Made by a program: the position numbers and the translations under genes
Notes under the pieces: generated by a model
The model's database searches: none
The model's input: the letters and a program-made list of their open reading frames with translations, nothing else
What the model was told of the DNA's origin: nothing
In this document: piece by piece, positions 49,940 to 59,400 of the stretch
How the letters are laid out: each line of letters begins with the position of its first letter
Position numbering within the stretch: the stretch's first letter is position 1
NCBI GenBank assembly: GCA_036012125.1
Contig: DASCOS010000002.1
Location: forward strand, 13,021 to 77,020
Source: Vicinamibacterales bacterium
GTDB taxonomy: Bacteria > Acidobacteriota > Vicinamibacteria > Vicinamibacterales > UBA823
Length of the DNA stretch: 64,000 bases
Direction of reading: 5' to 3'

Positions 49940-51487
49940 ATGAGTAACGTAGCTGAATTTCCTCTGTTATCACTAATCTTGTTCACGCCGCTGGCCGGCG
50001 CCATTGTCCTGCTATTCGTGAATCACCAGAGCACAGAAAAAATCAGGTGGATAGCGAACATCGTTGCGGGAATTGGTTTCCTCGTATCACTGCCTCTCTG
50101 GTTTTGGTACGAACCTAGGGGCACTCAATGGCAATTCGTAGAGCGCCTGTCTTGGATCCCATCAATTGGGGCCGATTATTTTTTGGGCGTTGATGGATTC
50201 AGCGCGCTGCTCGTACTGCTCGCGACGATGATGGGGTCGATTGCGATTCTGTCTTCGTGGACAGCGATTACCGAACGCGTGAAGGAGTACTACGTCTTTT
50301 TGTTACTGCTTCAAACAGGAATGATCGGTGCTTTTGTCGCACTTGACGCCCTCCTATTTTTTCTGTTCTGGGAGGTTATGTTGGTTCCGATGTACTTTCT
50401 CATCGGAATTTGGGGTAGCGACCGCCGGCTGTATAGCGCGATTAAGTTTTTCCTGTACACCCTTGTGGGTAGCGTTGTAATGCTACTTGGCCTTCTCGCA
50501 ATCTATTTTGAGCACCAGGCGATTACCGGCATCTACAGTTTCGATATTACGCGTTTCCACGGATTGGACCTTCCTGTCGATCTGCAATGGTGGGTGTTTC
50601 TTGCACTCTTCTTGGGTTTTGCCGTCAAGGTGCCAATGTTTCCGTTTCACACCTGGCTTCCGGATGCACACACTGACGCGCCGACAGCCGGCTCAGTAAT
50701 TCTGGCGGCCGTACTGTTAAAAATGGGCACTTACGGGTTTATTCGCTTCAGTTTGCCGATTCTGCCCGAGGCAACTGCAACGTTCGTGCCGATGGTCGTC
50801 ACGCTGTCGATCATTGGGATTATCTATGGCGCACTTGTTGCTTTGGCGCAACGTGATTGGAAGCGATTGGTTGCGTATTCTTCGGTGAGCCACATGGGGC
50901 TGGTGATGCTTGGAATGTTTGCGTTGACGCCTGTCGGCATCACCGGGAGCATCGTTCAGCAACTCAACCACGGTATTTCAACTGGCGCGCTTTTCCTGAT
51001 CGTTGGCATCGTCTATGAACGACGACACACGCGGGAGATCGCCGAGTACGGCGGGCTATCAAAAGTGATGCCGGTTTATGCCGTGATTTTTCTAATCATG
51101 ACCTTGTCATCGATCGGACTGCCAACATTGAACGGTTTTATCGGAGAGATTCTGATTTTGCAGGGTGTTTTCGTGGTCAACAAGATGTGGGCAGCCGTGG
51201 CGGCAACCGGCATCGTACTGGGTGCAGCCTACATGCTCTGGCTGTACCAACGCACGATGTTCGGTACTATTGAAAATCCGAAGAACAAATCGCTGCCCGA
51301 TCTAAACGCGCGCGAGGTGGCTACCTTTGTGCCTTTGATCGTGCTCGCGTTTTGGATCGGTCTGTATCCGGCCCCGTTCCTGAATCGCCTCGAATCGTCC
51401 GTGACGTATGTCATGTCACACGTCAACTCGACTTACGCGCCTCAAAATGTTAAGGCTGCTGTCGAGATGCAGGTGAGAGGTCAGTAG
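49940..51487 (+). CDS. nuoM: NADH-quinone oxidoreductase subunit M
   Basis: Motifs FWEVMLVPMYFLIGIWG and KVPMFPFHTWLPDAHTDAPTAGS. Confidence 0.9.
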   Translation: MSNVAEFPLLSLILFTPLAGAIVLLFVNHQSTEKIRWIANIVAGIGFLVSLPLWFWYEPRGTQWQFVERLSWIPSIGADYFLGVDGFSALLVLLATMMGSIAILSSWTAITERVKEYYVFLLLLQTGMIGAFVALDALLFFLFWEVMLVPMYFLIGIWGSDRRLYSAIKFFLYTLVGSVVMLLGLLAIYFEHQAITGIYSFDITRFHGLDLPVDLQWWVFLALFLGFAVKVPMFPFHTWLPDAHTDAPTAGSVILAAVLLKMGTYGFIRFSLPILPEATATFVPMVVTLSIIGIIYGALVALAQRDWKRLVAYSSVSHMGLVMLGMFALTPVGITGSIVQQLNHGISTGALFLIVGIVYERRHTREIAEYGGLSKVMPVYAVIFLIMTLSSIGLPTLNGFIGEILILQGVFVVNKMWAAVAATGIVLGAAYMLWLYQRTMFGTIENPKNKSLPDLNAREVATFVPLIVLAFWIGLYPAPFLNRLESSVTYVMSHVNSTYAPQNVKAAVEMQVRGQ

Positions 51488-51490
51488 ACG

Positions 51491-52969
51491 ATGCCACCTG
51501 GGTTCTCTGCGGCGGATTTCTATTACATCCTGCCCGAGTTGGTGCTTGCGGGCGGTGCGCTGTTGGTCCTCGTGGTCGACGTTGTAACATCTCGGCAGCA
51601 GCGGCCGTTGCTGGGATGGGTAACGATCGGCGTTCTTCTGGCGACTACGCTGACACTCTTGCCGTTCAGTGATGTCGATGTTCTTGCGTCTCGTGGTCTC
51701 CTTGCTATTGACGGATTCGCGTTCTTCTTCAAGCTTGTCTTCTTACTGACTGCGCTCGTAACCGTCTTGATGTCGTCGTCGTATCTTGAGGTCGAGGGGT
51801 TGCGCGCTGGGGAATACTATTTCCTAATTCTCTGCGCCACGCTCGGCATGATGTTTATGGCGAGTGGCATTGATCTCGTCACGATTTTCATCGGTCTTGA
51901 GACGATGGCCGTGGCCTTCTACATCCTGACTGGGTTTCTCAAGCCGAACCGCCGGTCTAACGAGGCTGCCGTAAAGTATTTTCTACTCGGAGCGTTTTCA
52001 CTGGGGATCTTGCTGTACGGCATGTCAATGCTCTATGGCCTATCGGGAACGACCAACCTCCGTGCATTGGCCACGGTGGTGGCAACCGGGGAATCTCGCC
52101 CCTTGTTAATTGTTGCGGTTGTGCTGGTTGTGTCCGGCATCGGATTCAAAATCGCTGCAGTCCCGTTCCACATGTGGGCCCCTGATGTCTATGAAGGTGC
52201 ACCGACGCCGGTTACCGCATTTCTGTCCGTTGGGTCGAAGGCTGCGTCCTTTGCGATGTTACTGCGGATATTCATGGAGGGTTTACCATTTTTGGCTGAG
52301 GTGTGGCAGCCGATGTTTTGGGTGCTCGCAGTTGTCACGATGACGTTCGGTAACCTGGCAGCCTTGACGCAGAGCAACATTAAACGGATGTTGGCATACT
52401 CCTCAATCGCGCACGCAGGATACATCTTGATCGGAGTGGTGGCGAATTCGTCGCGTGGTGTCACTGCGTTGATGATCTATTTGATGTTGTATGTCTTTAT
52501 GCAGCTAGGAGCATTCGCTGTGGTCGTGATGCTTCGTCGCCGTGACGTCGTGGGCGACGAGTTGAAGGATTTGAGCGGACTGTATTTTCGATATCCGGTG
52601 GCGGCCTGTGCGATGCTGTTCTTCATGCTATCGCTCGGCGGTATTCCGCCGACGGCTGGCTTCATGGGAAAGTTCTGGCTTTTTAGTGCGGCAATCGAGT
52701 CGGGTTACATCTGGCTCGCCGTTATCGGTGTAATCAACAGTGCCATCTCGCTCTACTACTACGTTCGGGTCGTCGTGTTCATGTGGCTGAGGGAAGAGAC
52801 CCTAGGTTCGCCAATCGTTGCAAGTCCGGCCATGGCTCTGGCTCTGACCGTTGCACTAGTTGGTGCTGTTATTTTTGGGGTATATCCTGGTCCGCTGTTC
52901 GAGCTTGCCGAGTCCTCGGCACAGTCACTCGGGGGTGTGATTACCGGGATGGGTGTGTCCTCTTTTTAA
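51491..52969 (+). CDS. nuoN: NADH-quinone oxidoreductase subunit N
   Basis: Motifs GLETMAVAFYIL and FKIAAVPFHMWAPDVYEGAPTPVTAF. Confidence 0.9.
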   Translation: MPPGFSAADFYYILPELVLAGGALLVLVVDVVTSRQQRPLLGWVTIGVLLATTLTLLPFSDVDVLASRGLLAIDGFAFFFKLVFLLTALVTVLMSSSYLEVEGLRAGEYYFLILCATLGMMFMASGIDLVTIFIGLETMAVAFYILTGFLKPNRRSNEAAVKYFLLGAFSLGILLYGMSMLYGLSGTTNLRALATVVATGESRPLLIVAVVLVVSGIGFKIAAVPFHMWAPDVYEGAPTPVTAFLSVGSKAASFAMLLRIFMEGLPFLAEVWQPMFWVLAVVTMTFGNLAALTQSNIKRMLAYSSIAHAGYILIGVVANSSRGVTALMIYLMLYVFMQLGAFAVVVMLRRRDVVGDELKDLSGLYFRYPVAACAMLFFMLSLGGIPPTAGFMGKFWLFSAAIESGYIWLAVIGVINSAISLYYYVRVVVFMWLREETLGSPIVASPAMALALTVALVGAVIFGVYPGPLFELAESSAQSLGGVITGMGVSSF

Positions 52970-53011
52970 TCTGAATCGGCGCATCTGTCGTAGTCGCACG
53001 GGTGTCAGTAC

Positions 53012-53272
53012 ATGTGGCGTTTCGGTGAATCTCAGGGGCGCACTATTCGCACAGTCGGCGCACTAAGTGCCGTGGGGCTGTCATTCGTTCTGGCGGTTGT
53101 CATGGGGGCCGGCGCTGGCTACGTGGTGGATCGCTGGCTCGGCTCGTCTCCTTGGGGATTCCTGTTGTTCTTTTTTCTGGGTGTCGCTGCTGGTGTCCTC
53201 AACGTGATCAGGGTATCCACCGCTTACTTACGTGACGATGAGGGAGCACGATCCGAGTCTCCGCAGGATTGA
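53012..53272 (+). CDS. AtpZ-like small membrane protein (putative F0F1-ATPase-associated subunit)
   Basis: Two TM helices with pattern GLSFVLAVVMGAGAGYVVDRWLGSSPWGFLLFFFLGVAAGVLNV. Located upstream of atpI/atpB. Confidence 0.6.
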   Translation: MWRFGESQGRTIRTVGALSAVGLSFVLAVVMGAGAGYVVDRWLGSSPWGFLLFFFLGVAAGVLNVIRVSTAYLRDDEGARSESPQD

Positions 53273-53627
53273 ACGCAATTCCGTGGCCGCCTGTGGACTC
53301 TTCGCGGTTGCTGCGTGGATTGTATCGGAACAGGTCGCATCAGCGGTTGGAGTAATGGTGGGCACCAGTCTCGTGGCGTTTAGCTACTGGATGATCAAAG
53401 GTAGCGTCAGCCGGTTAGGAACGTCACCAGCAGGCCGCCCGATGGCGATCGGGTGGTTCGTGGTGCGTATTCTTGGTCGATACGCTTTACTCGCTGGAAT
53501 AGCGTACGTTACGATTGCGCGTTTGCACCTGCCCCCACTGGCTTTACTGGCTGGGGTATCGGCGATCGTGGTGGGTGTGGCGCTCGAAGGTTTTCGGGCG
53601 TTGGTCGGACGTCAAGTTCCTTCGTGA
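53238..53627 (+). CDS. atpI: AtpI-like ATP synthase protein I
   Basis: Roughly 130 aa with four hydrophobic segments, immediately upstream of atpB. Assignment rests on position and topology. Confidence 0.5.
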   Translation: MREHDPSLRRIERNSVAACGLFAVAAWIVSEQVASAVGVMVGTSLVAFSYWMIKGSVSRLGTSPAGRPMAIGWFVVRILGRYALLAGIAYVTIARLHLPPLALLAGVSAIVVGVALEGFRALVGRQVPS

Positions 53628-53651
53628 CTGTCTTGGCTGAGATTTTAAGGT

Positions 53652-54470
53652 ATGGAACAACTCGAACACCCCCTGTGGATCGTTGATACTGCTAACGCCG
53701 TGTTCGGGCCATTTATTGCTGCGCTCCTTGGCCTGCTAGGGTTCGACCTGAGTCACGCCGAGCACGTCATTCCGAATTACCTAGTCATCTCCGGGCTTAT
53801 TGTTTTGGCGGTTATGGTCGGCTGTCTGCTGATCAAATCGCGCTTGAGTGTTGAGCACCCTGGACGCGTTCAACTGCTCCTTGAGGGTGGCCTCAGCGCT
53901 CTCTATGGGTTGCTCGAAGATATCGTTGGGCCGAAAGGTCGGCGGTATGCAACGTTGGTCGGAACGGTTGGTCTCTTCATCCTCCTGAGCAACTTATCCG
54001 GCCTTGTGCCGGGACTAATGGCCCCCACGAGTAACATTAACGTGACTCTTGGATGTGCTATCACGGTGTTTGTTTACTATCACTTTCACGGTGTGAAGGA
54101 ACAGGGTGTGGTTGCGTACATCAAGCATTTCGCCGCGCCACCAGGCGCACCGATGTGGATTGCACCGATCTATTTTCCGGTTGAGATCATCAGTCACTGT
54201 TCACGAGTGTTGTCGCTATCTGTACGTTTATTTGGGAACGTCTTCGGTGAAGAGTTAGTAATTTTGATCTTGTTCTCGATTGTGCCATTTATTATTCCCT
54301 TGCCGATGATGTTGCTCGGCATCGTCACTGGTAGTTTGCAGGCGTTCATTTTTGTCATGCTGACAATGATTTATCTACAGGGTGCCGTGACCGTTGACCA
54401 CGATCATGACCGGGACCATGATGAGAAAGTTCATGCACGTGGTGACGCGATGGCACCTGCGTCAGCGTAA
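53652..54470 (+). CDS. atpB: F-type ATP synthase subunit a with His/Asp-rich C-terminal tail
   Basis: Essential Arg region LSLSVRLFGNVFGEE. Polytopic membrane protein. Tail sequence VDHDHDRDHDEKVHARGD. Confidence 0.9.
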   Translation: MEQLEHPLWIVDTANAVFGPFIAALLGLLGFDLSHAEHVIPNYLVISGLIVLAVMVGCLLIKSRLSVEHPGRVQLLLEGGLSALYGLLEDIVGPKGRRYATLVGTVGLFILLSNLSGLVPGLMAPTSNINVTLGCAITVFVYYHFHGVKEQGVVAYIKHFAAPPGAPMWIAPIYFPVEIISHCSRVLSLSVRLFGNVFGEELVILILFSIVPFIIPLPMMLLGIVTGSLQAFIFVMLTMIYLQGAVTVDHDHDRDHDEKVHARGDAMAPASA

Positions 54471-54529
54471 GGTCTTTTAGTGGAAGAGTTGGTCGACGGG
54501 TTGATGTCATTCTTCGATTTAAGGAGGCA

Positions 54530-54874
54530 GTGGTCGTGAATACACGTGCAGTATGGATTTTAATGATCGGAATAGTGACGGTAGGATTAATTTCGCCGTT
54601 GCACGCACAAGAAGCTTCGGTGAGCGCGGATAGTGAATTGGTCAAGTGGTCGATCATTACCGCTGGATTCGCACTGGCAATCGCAGCCGCTTTCGGGACA
54701 CTGGCTCAAGGGCTTGGTCTGAGCGCTGCGGCTAATGGAATTGCACGAAACCCGTCAGCAGCTCCGGACATTCGATTTTCGCTGATTTTAGGGCTCGTGT
54801 TGATTGAGTCGCTAGTTATTTATGTGTTGCTTATCGCCCTGATTTTATTCTTTGTACAGCCGTTCAGTGGATAA
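54530..54874 (+). CDS. atpE: F-type ATP synthase subunit c with N-terminal signal-peptide-like extension
   Basis: Hairpin core GTLAQGLGLSAAANGIARNP...LVLIESLVIY, preceded by about 35 extra residues: MVVNTRAVWILMIGIVTVGLISPLHAQEA. Confidence 0.85.
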   Translation: MVVNTRAVWILMIGIVTVGLISPLHAQEASVSADSELVKWSIITAGFALAIAAAFGTLAQGLGLSAAANGIARNPSAAPDIRFSLILGLVLIESLVIYVLLIALILFFVQPFSG

Positions 54875-54924
54875 GCGGCAAGGTGAGTCGGGCGGGTTGC
54901 ACGGCTGACCCGTCCGATCCATCT

Positions 54925-55809
54925 ATGCCCTTAAGATTTACACGGATTGAATGGTTGCTTCTCCTCTTGACCCTTATCTGGGGTAGCAACTTCAGCGTCG
55001 TTAAAACCGCGATCGAAGAGTTTCCGCCTCTCCCGTTCAATGCTCTCCGGATGGCGCTCGCGTCGGCGATCTTCTTGGGCCTGCTGGCTAGTTCGTCCGC
55101 TTCTCGCCCGTGTCGCCGCGATTGGCCTGTCATCATCACCCTGGGTCTTGTAGGGCATTTTCTTTACCAGGTCTGCTTCATGGAGGGTATTTCCCGCACG
55201 AGCGTGGCCAATAGTTCACTGATTCTTGGGACAATACCTATTGCTGTTGCCATCCTGATGTGGTGTGGCGGCCGTGAATCTCTCTCGACGACGCACTGGC
55301 TCGGAATTGGGCTCTCTCTGGTCGGTGTCTACCTGGTTGTTGGTCAAGGCACTCGAATCAATAGTGCATCCTTGACTGGTGACCTCCTGATGATGGCTGC
55401 GGTTTGGTGTTGGGCGGCTTACACGGTCAGCGCTCAATCGATACTTAAAAGGTATTCGCCGTTGACGGTTACGACTTGGTCCATGGCGGTTGGCACCGCA
55501 TTGTTCGTTCCTTTAGGGCTCCCTGGACTGTTCGTGCTCAATTGGCGTGATATCAGCTTCGGAGCGTGGGCCGGCCTTGTGTATTCTGCGATCTTTGCGT
55601 TGTGTGTTTCATACCTCATTTGGTACACGGCAGTTCAGCGTATCGGAAGCGCCCGCACCTCCATCTACTCCAATATGGTACCAGTGGTTGCGATGATCGT
55701 GGCTGCAGTGTGGTTGCGGGAGTCGATTAGCACCATGCAGATTGGTGGTGCGGTCAGTATTTTCGCCGGGGTTGCGCTTACTAAGGTCAGGCCGCCGCAC
55801 GGGTGCTGA
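54925..55809 (+). CDS. EamA/DMT-family transporter
   Basis: Ten predicted TM helices in two EamA-like halves (LLLLTLIWGSNF...). ATG at 54925; the ORF track starts at 54883. Confidence 0.8.
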   Translation: MPLRFTRIEWLLLLLTLIWGSNFSVVKTAIEEFPPLPFNALRMALASAIFLGLLASSSASRPCRRDWPVIITLGLVGHFLYQVCFMEGISRTSVANSSLILGTIPIAVAILMWCGGRESLSTTHWLGIGLSLVGVYLVVGQGTRINSASLTGDLLMMAAVWCWAAYTVSAQSILKRYSPLTVTTWSMAVGTALFVPLGLPGLFVLNWRDISFGAWAGLVYSAIFALCVSYLIWYTAVQRIGSARTSIYSNMVPVVAMIVAAVWLRESISTMQIGGAVSIFAGVALTKVRPPHGC

Positions 55810-55859
55810 TAATCCGCGCGAACGATACTCAAACGGGTTGTATTGCGGGATTTCGTGGA

Positions 55860-58010
55860 TCAGTAATTGACAACGTCCTGAATCGCCCGAACGATGTCGG
55901 CTGCTTGTGGGAGCACGACTTCTTCAAAGACCGGATTGTAGCCAACGGGGCAGTCGAGTGCCGCGACCCGCTTAACTGGAGCATCCAAGGAATCAAATAG
56001 CTCGTCCGCCATACGAGCGACCAACTCGGCGCCGAAGCCGCATGTCAGCTGGTCCTCATGGGCCACGACCACGCGGTTTGTTTGGGCAACTGCCTCGGCG
56101 ATCCCTTCCCAGTCGTATGGCATGATGGTTCTAAGGTCGAGCACCGACACCGCAATTCCCAATTTCTCAGCTTGCTGAGCGGCAGCGAGCGATCGTTGAA
56201 CCAAAGCACCCCATGTGATGATCACAACATCGCTCCCCGAACGACGGAGTACGGATTGACCAAACGGCACCATGTGATCAACACCTGGGTAGGCTGCCTT
56301 ATTGTAGGTCTGTCGGTATAAATGCTTGTGTTCGAGAAATAGTACGGGGTCATCGCACCGGATCGCTGTTCGCAATAAGCCACAGGCATCTGCGGCGTTG
56401 GAGGGATACGCGATTCGGAGGCCTGGAAAGTGCGCAAAAATACCCTCACCAGACTGACTGTGATAGATCGAACCACCGCGGAGATAGCCACCAATTGGCA
56501 CCCGGACGACCATCGGACAGGAGTAAGTGTTATTGGAGCGGTAGCGCAACATCGCCACCTCGTTGCGCAATTGCATTGTTGCTGACCAGATGTAGTCGAA
56601 GAACTGAATCTCCACCACGGGCTTAATGCCTCGGATGGCCATGCCCATGGCTCGGCCGACGATGTTGGCCTCAGCCAGTGGTGAGTTGAAGACGCGCTCA
56701 GCACCGAATGTTCGTTGCAAGCTTTCTGTGACCTTGAACACTCCGCCCTTGCCCCGCACCTCCGATAGCGTTTCGGGGTGGCTGCTGTCAGCTACGTCTT
56801 GACCAAACACCACCATCCGGGAATTCCGAGCCATTTCGTCTTTGAGTGTCTGATTGATAGCCGAGACCATCGTCTTGGGCTCGCCTGACGGCTTTTCCGA
56901 GACGTCGAAAGTCTTAGAACAAGGGTCGACATCCGGGGAGTAGATGTAACGTGTGACTGTTTCCGAGACCGGCGAGGGCGCCTTGATCGCACCGTCTGTA
57001 GCCGCGGCAATCTCGTCTTCAACTTCACTGTCCAATGCATTTAGTTGATTGTTGGTGGCGACGCTGTTGGCCAGGCAGAACTCTCGAAAGCGTACCAACG
57101 GGTCTCGGACTGTCTCGCTATCTCGCTCAGCCTGTGTTTTGTAAACACGTTCGTCGTCAGAGTGCGAGTGTGAATAGGGACGGGTGGTATGCGCATGCAC
57201 CAGTGCTGGCCCCCGGTGCGCTCGAACGTGGTCCACCGCGTCTTGCGCTGCCCTCCAGCTATCCAGCAGATCAGTACCGTCGGCGCGTGCGATCCGCAGT
57301 GAAGGAAAAGATTCAAGGAGTTTCGAAATACTTCCTCCAGGTGTCTGAATGTCAACCGGCACAGAAATCGCGTAACCGTTATCCTGGACTAAAAAGACAA
57401 CTGGTAACTGCTGCGTGCACGCGGTGTTAAGCGATTCCCAGAATTCCCCCTCGCTTGTCGCACCGTCACCCAACGACACTAGAATCACCTCGTCGGCATG
57501 TGCCGACGGCTCTCGTCCATCACGGGTGCCAAGTGTTCGATTGAGCACGCCGCCTTCGGCACACCCGACGCCATGAAGGCACTGCGTGCCGGTCGCGCTC
57601 GACGGCGATACGATGTGAAGTAGACGGTCGCTCCAGTGCGAAGGCATCTGCCGACCACCTGAGGACGGATCATCCGACGATCCAACGCTACCTAAGAGCA
57701 TCTCGGTCGGTGTAACACCGAGTGTCAAACAAAGAGCCCTGTCGCGATAGTACGGAAAAATCCAGTCGTAGCCGGGCCGGAGTGAAAAACCGATGGCGAC
57801 TTGAATGGCCTCATGGCCAGCGGCACTGATCTGAAAGTAGGCGATACTTTGGTTCTTGAGTTGAATCTCCTTGTCGTCCAAGCGTCTCGACAATCGCATC
57901 GTGCGGTAGGCGCGAAGTAGTTGCTCTTGAGAAAGTTCAACGGTCTCGCGCCGGGGTGGGGTTGCTGCAGTGCGAGTCGAACTAGACGGAGTTTGCCCTT
58001 TAAAGCTCAT
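55860..58010 (-). CDS. fused alpha-beta E1 component of a 2-oxoacid (branched-chain type) dehydrogenase
   Basis: 716 aa. The N-terminal half has the TPP motif [15 protein letters not shown]. The C-terminal half is transketolase-like beta ([25 protein letters not shown]). Confidence 0.85.
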   Translation of the reverse strand: MSFKGQTPSSSTRTAATPPRRETVELSQEQLLRAYRTMRLSRRLDDKEIQLKNQSIAYFQISAAGHEAIQVAIGFSLRPGYDWIFPYYRDRALCLTLGVTPTEMLLGSVGSSDDPSSGGRQMPSHWSDRLLHIVSPSSATGTQCLHGVGCAEGGVLNRTLGTRDGREPSAHADEVILVSLGDGATSEGEFWESLNTACTQQLPVVFLVQDNGYAISVPVDIQTPGGSISKLLESFPSLRIARADGTDLLDSWRAAQDAVDHVRAHRGPALVHAHTTRPYSHSHSDDERVYKTQAERDSETVRDPLVRFREFCLANSVATNNQLNALDSEVEDEIAAATDGAIKAPSPVSETVTRYIYSPDVDPCSKTFDVSEKPSGEPKTMVSAINQTLKDEMARNSRMVVFGQDVADSSHPETLSEVRGKGGVFKVTESLQRTFGAERVFNSPLAEANIVGRAMGMAIRGIKPVVEIQFFDYIWSATMQLRNEVAMLRYRSNNTYSCPMVVRVPIGGYLRGGSIYHSQSGEGIFAHFPGLRIAYPSNAADACGLLRTAIRCDDPVLFLEHKHLYRQTYNKAAYPGVDHMVPFGQSVLRRSGSDVVIITWGALVQRSLAAAQQAEKLGIAVSVLDLRTIMPYDWEGIAEAVAQTNRVVVAHEDQLTCGFGAELVARMADELFDSLDAPVKRVAALDCPVGYNPVFEEVVLPQAADIVRAIQDVVNY

Positions 58011-58204
58011 TGACTATTTAGACCCGTTGAGACAGACCGTTTTTGGGGCCCGGAATCGCCTGACGACACCCACTGTCTGAGGCCATCTTCAGGCTGAACC
58101 GCGACATTATAGCACCGGATTCCGCTGATCAAATCTCGAGATTAACGAATGTAAATAGCTTAAAATGAGTGAGTTATGGTTATGACTACAAGGAGTGTCA
58201 TCCA

Positions 58205-58558
58205 GTGAGTAGGGCCAGAGTGCATTGCTGGGATGACATTGCTCCGGAGAAAGTAACAGAGATGATGTCGCGCAAAATCGTTACTGGTGAACGCTCGCTG
58301 GTCGCGCAGGTTTATCTCAAGAAGGGCGCTCTCGTGCCGATGCACGCACATCCGAGCGAACAGTTAACTTATGTGCTAGAGGGTAGCCTTCGGATGATGG
58401 TGGCGGGGGAGGAGTCGATCGTGCGAGCGGGAGAGATCATTCACATCCCGTCGGACGTGTCGCACCAAGCTGAAGCGTTGGTTGACACGTTGGAACTCGA
58501 CCTGTTCAGTCCGGTGCGGGAAGACTGGCTGGCGGCTGACTCTTCTCCGGGTCGCTGA
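58205..58558 (+). CDS. cupin-2 domain protein
   Basis: Motifs GALVPMHAHPSEQLTYVLEGSL and IHIPSDVSHQAEA. GTG start 9 nt after AAGGAG. Confidence 0.7.
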   Translation: MSRARVHCWDDIAPEKVTEMMSRKIVTGERSLVAQVYLKKGALVPMHAHPSEQLTYVLEGSLRMMVAGEESIVRAGEIIHIPSDVSHQAEALVDTLELDLFSPVREDWLAADSSPGR

Positions 58559-58576
58559 TTCAACTCTAGACCTCCA

Positions 58577-59314
58577 TTAGTGAATTCGACGATCCCAGTC
58601 ATCCTGACGTCCACCCGGGTGGACGCCGAACCGACTGCGCAGCCGGCGCATTTTCCACTTAATATACTGATACTTGATCTCGCCGATGAAACCACTTATC
58701 CCACCTTTTAAATACAAGTATCCAACTACTAAGCCGCCCAGGTGTGACGTGTGAGAAGTACCGCCACCCGTGTTGCCCACGTACAGAAAAGAGATCGCAC
58801 CCAAAATCATGACGAAGTACTTTAATCGAATCGGGAACAGAAAATATACGAAGATGAGACGGTCGGGATAGTTGAGCGCTGACGCAAGCAATAAGCCATA
58901 GATCGCGCCGGATGCTCCGATTGTAGTACTCCCAGGGTGAACGAACGCAATCGATGGGAGGGCGGCGACGAGTGTTGTTACTGCAGCACCTAATCCCGTG
59001 ATGAAGTAGTACTTGAGAAATCTTTCACTACCCCACAGCCGCTCCAGTTCAACACCGAACATCCAGAGCACCAGCATGTTGAAGAATATATGGGAGAGAC
59101 CTGCGTGCAAGAATAGGTAGGTGATTGGCTGCCACAGCCAGAAATACTCGAAAACGGCAACAGGCGTAAGACCAAAGAAAGTGACTAAATCTGGGGCCAG
59201 AGTGGTCATGACGAACGCCACAACGTTCGCCCAGATGATTACCTTGATGGCGGGCGATATGCCTCCAGGCCCGAAGGAGTAGCTACTTGGCGCGTAACGG
59301 TATCGATACATCAT
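58577..59314 (-). CDS. rhomboid family intramembrane serine protease
   Basis: Motifs HIFFNM, GASGAIYG, HLGG. Start at MMYRYRY is preferred because the longer ORF overlaps murJ. Confidence 0.85.
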   Translation of the reverse strand: MMYRYRYAPSSYSFGPGGISPAIKVIIWANVVAFVMTTLAPDLVTFFGLTPVAVFEYFWLWQPITYLFLHAGLSHIFFNMLVLWMFGVELERLWGSERFLKYYFITGLGAAVTTLVAALPSIAFVHPGSTTIGASGAIYGLLLASALNYPDRLIFVYFLFPIRLKYFVMILGAISFLYVGNTGGGTSHTSHLGGLVVGYLYLKGGISGFIGEIKYQYIKWKMRRLRSRFGVHPGGRQDDWDRRIH

Positions 59315-59400
59315 CGGGGTGTTCCTGGAGTAGTGTCGACGCGTGCCTTGTGGGTCGGAGCCATCGTACCATAGGCCACACGCGTTACTTAGATACGGGT

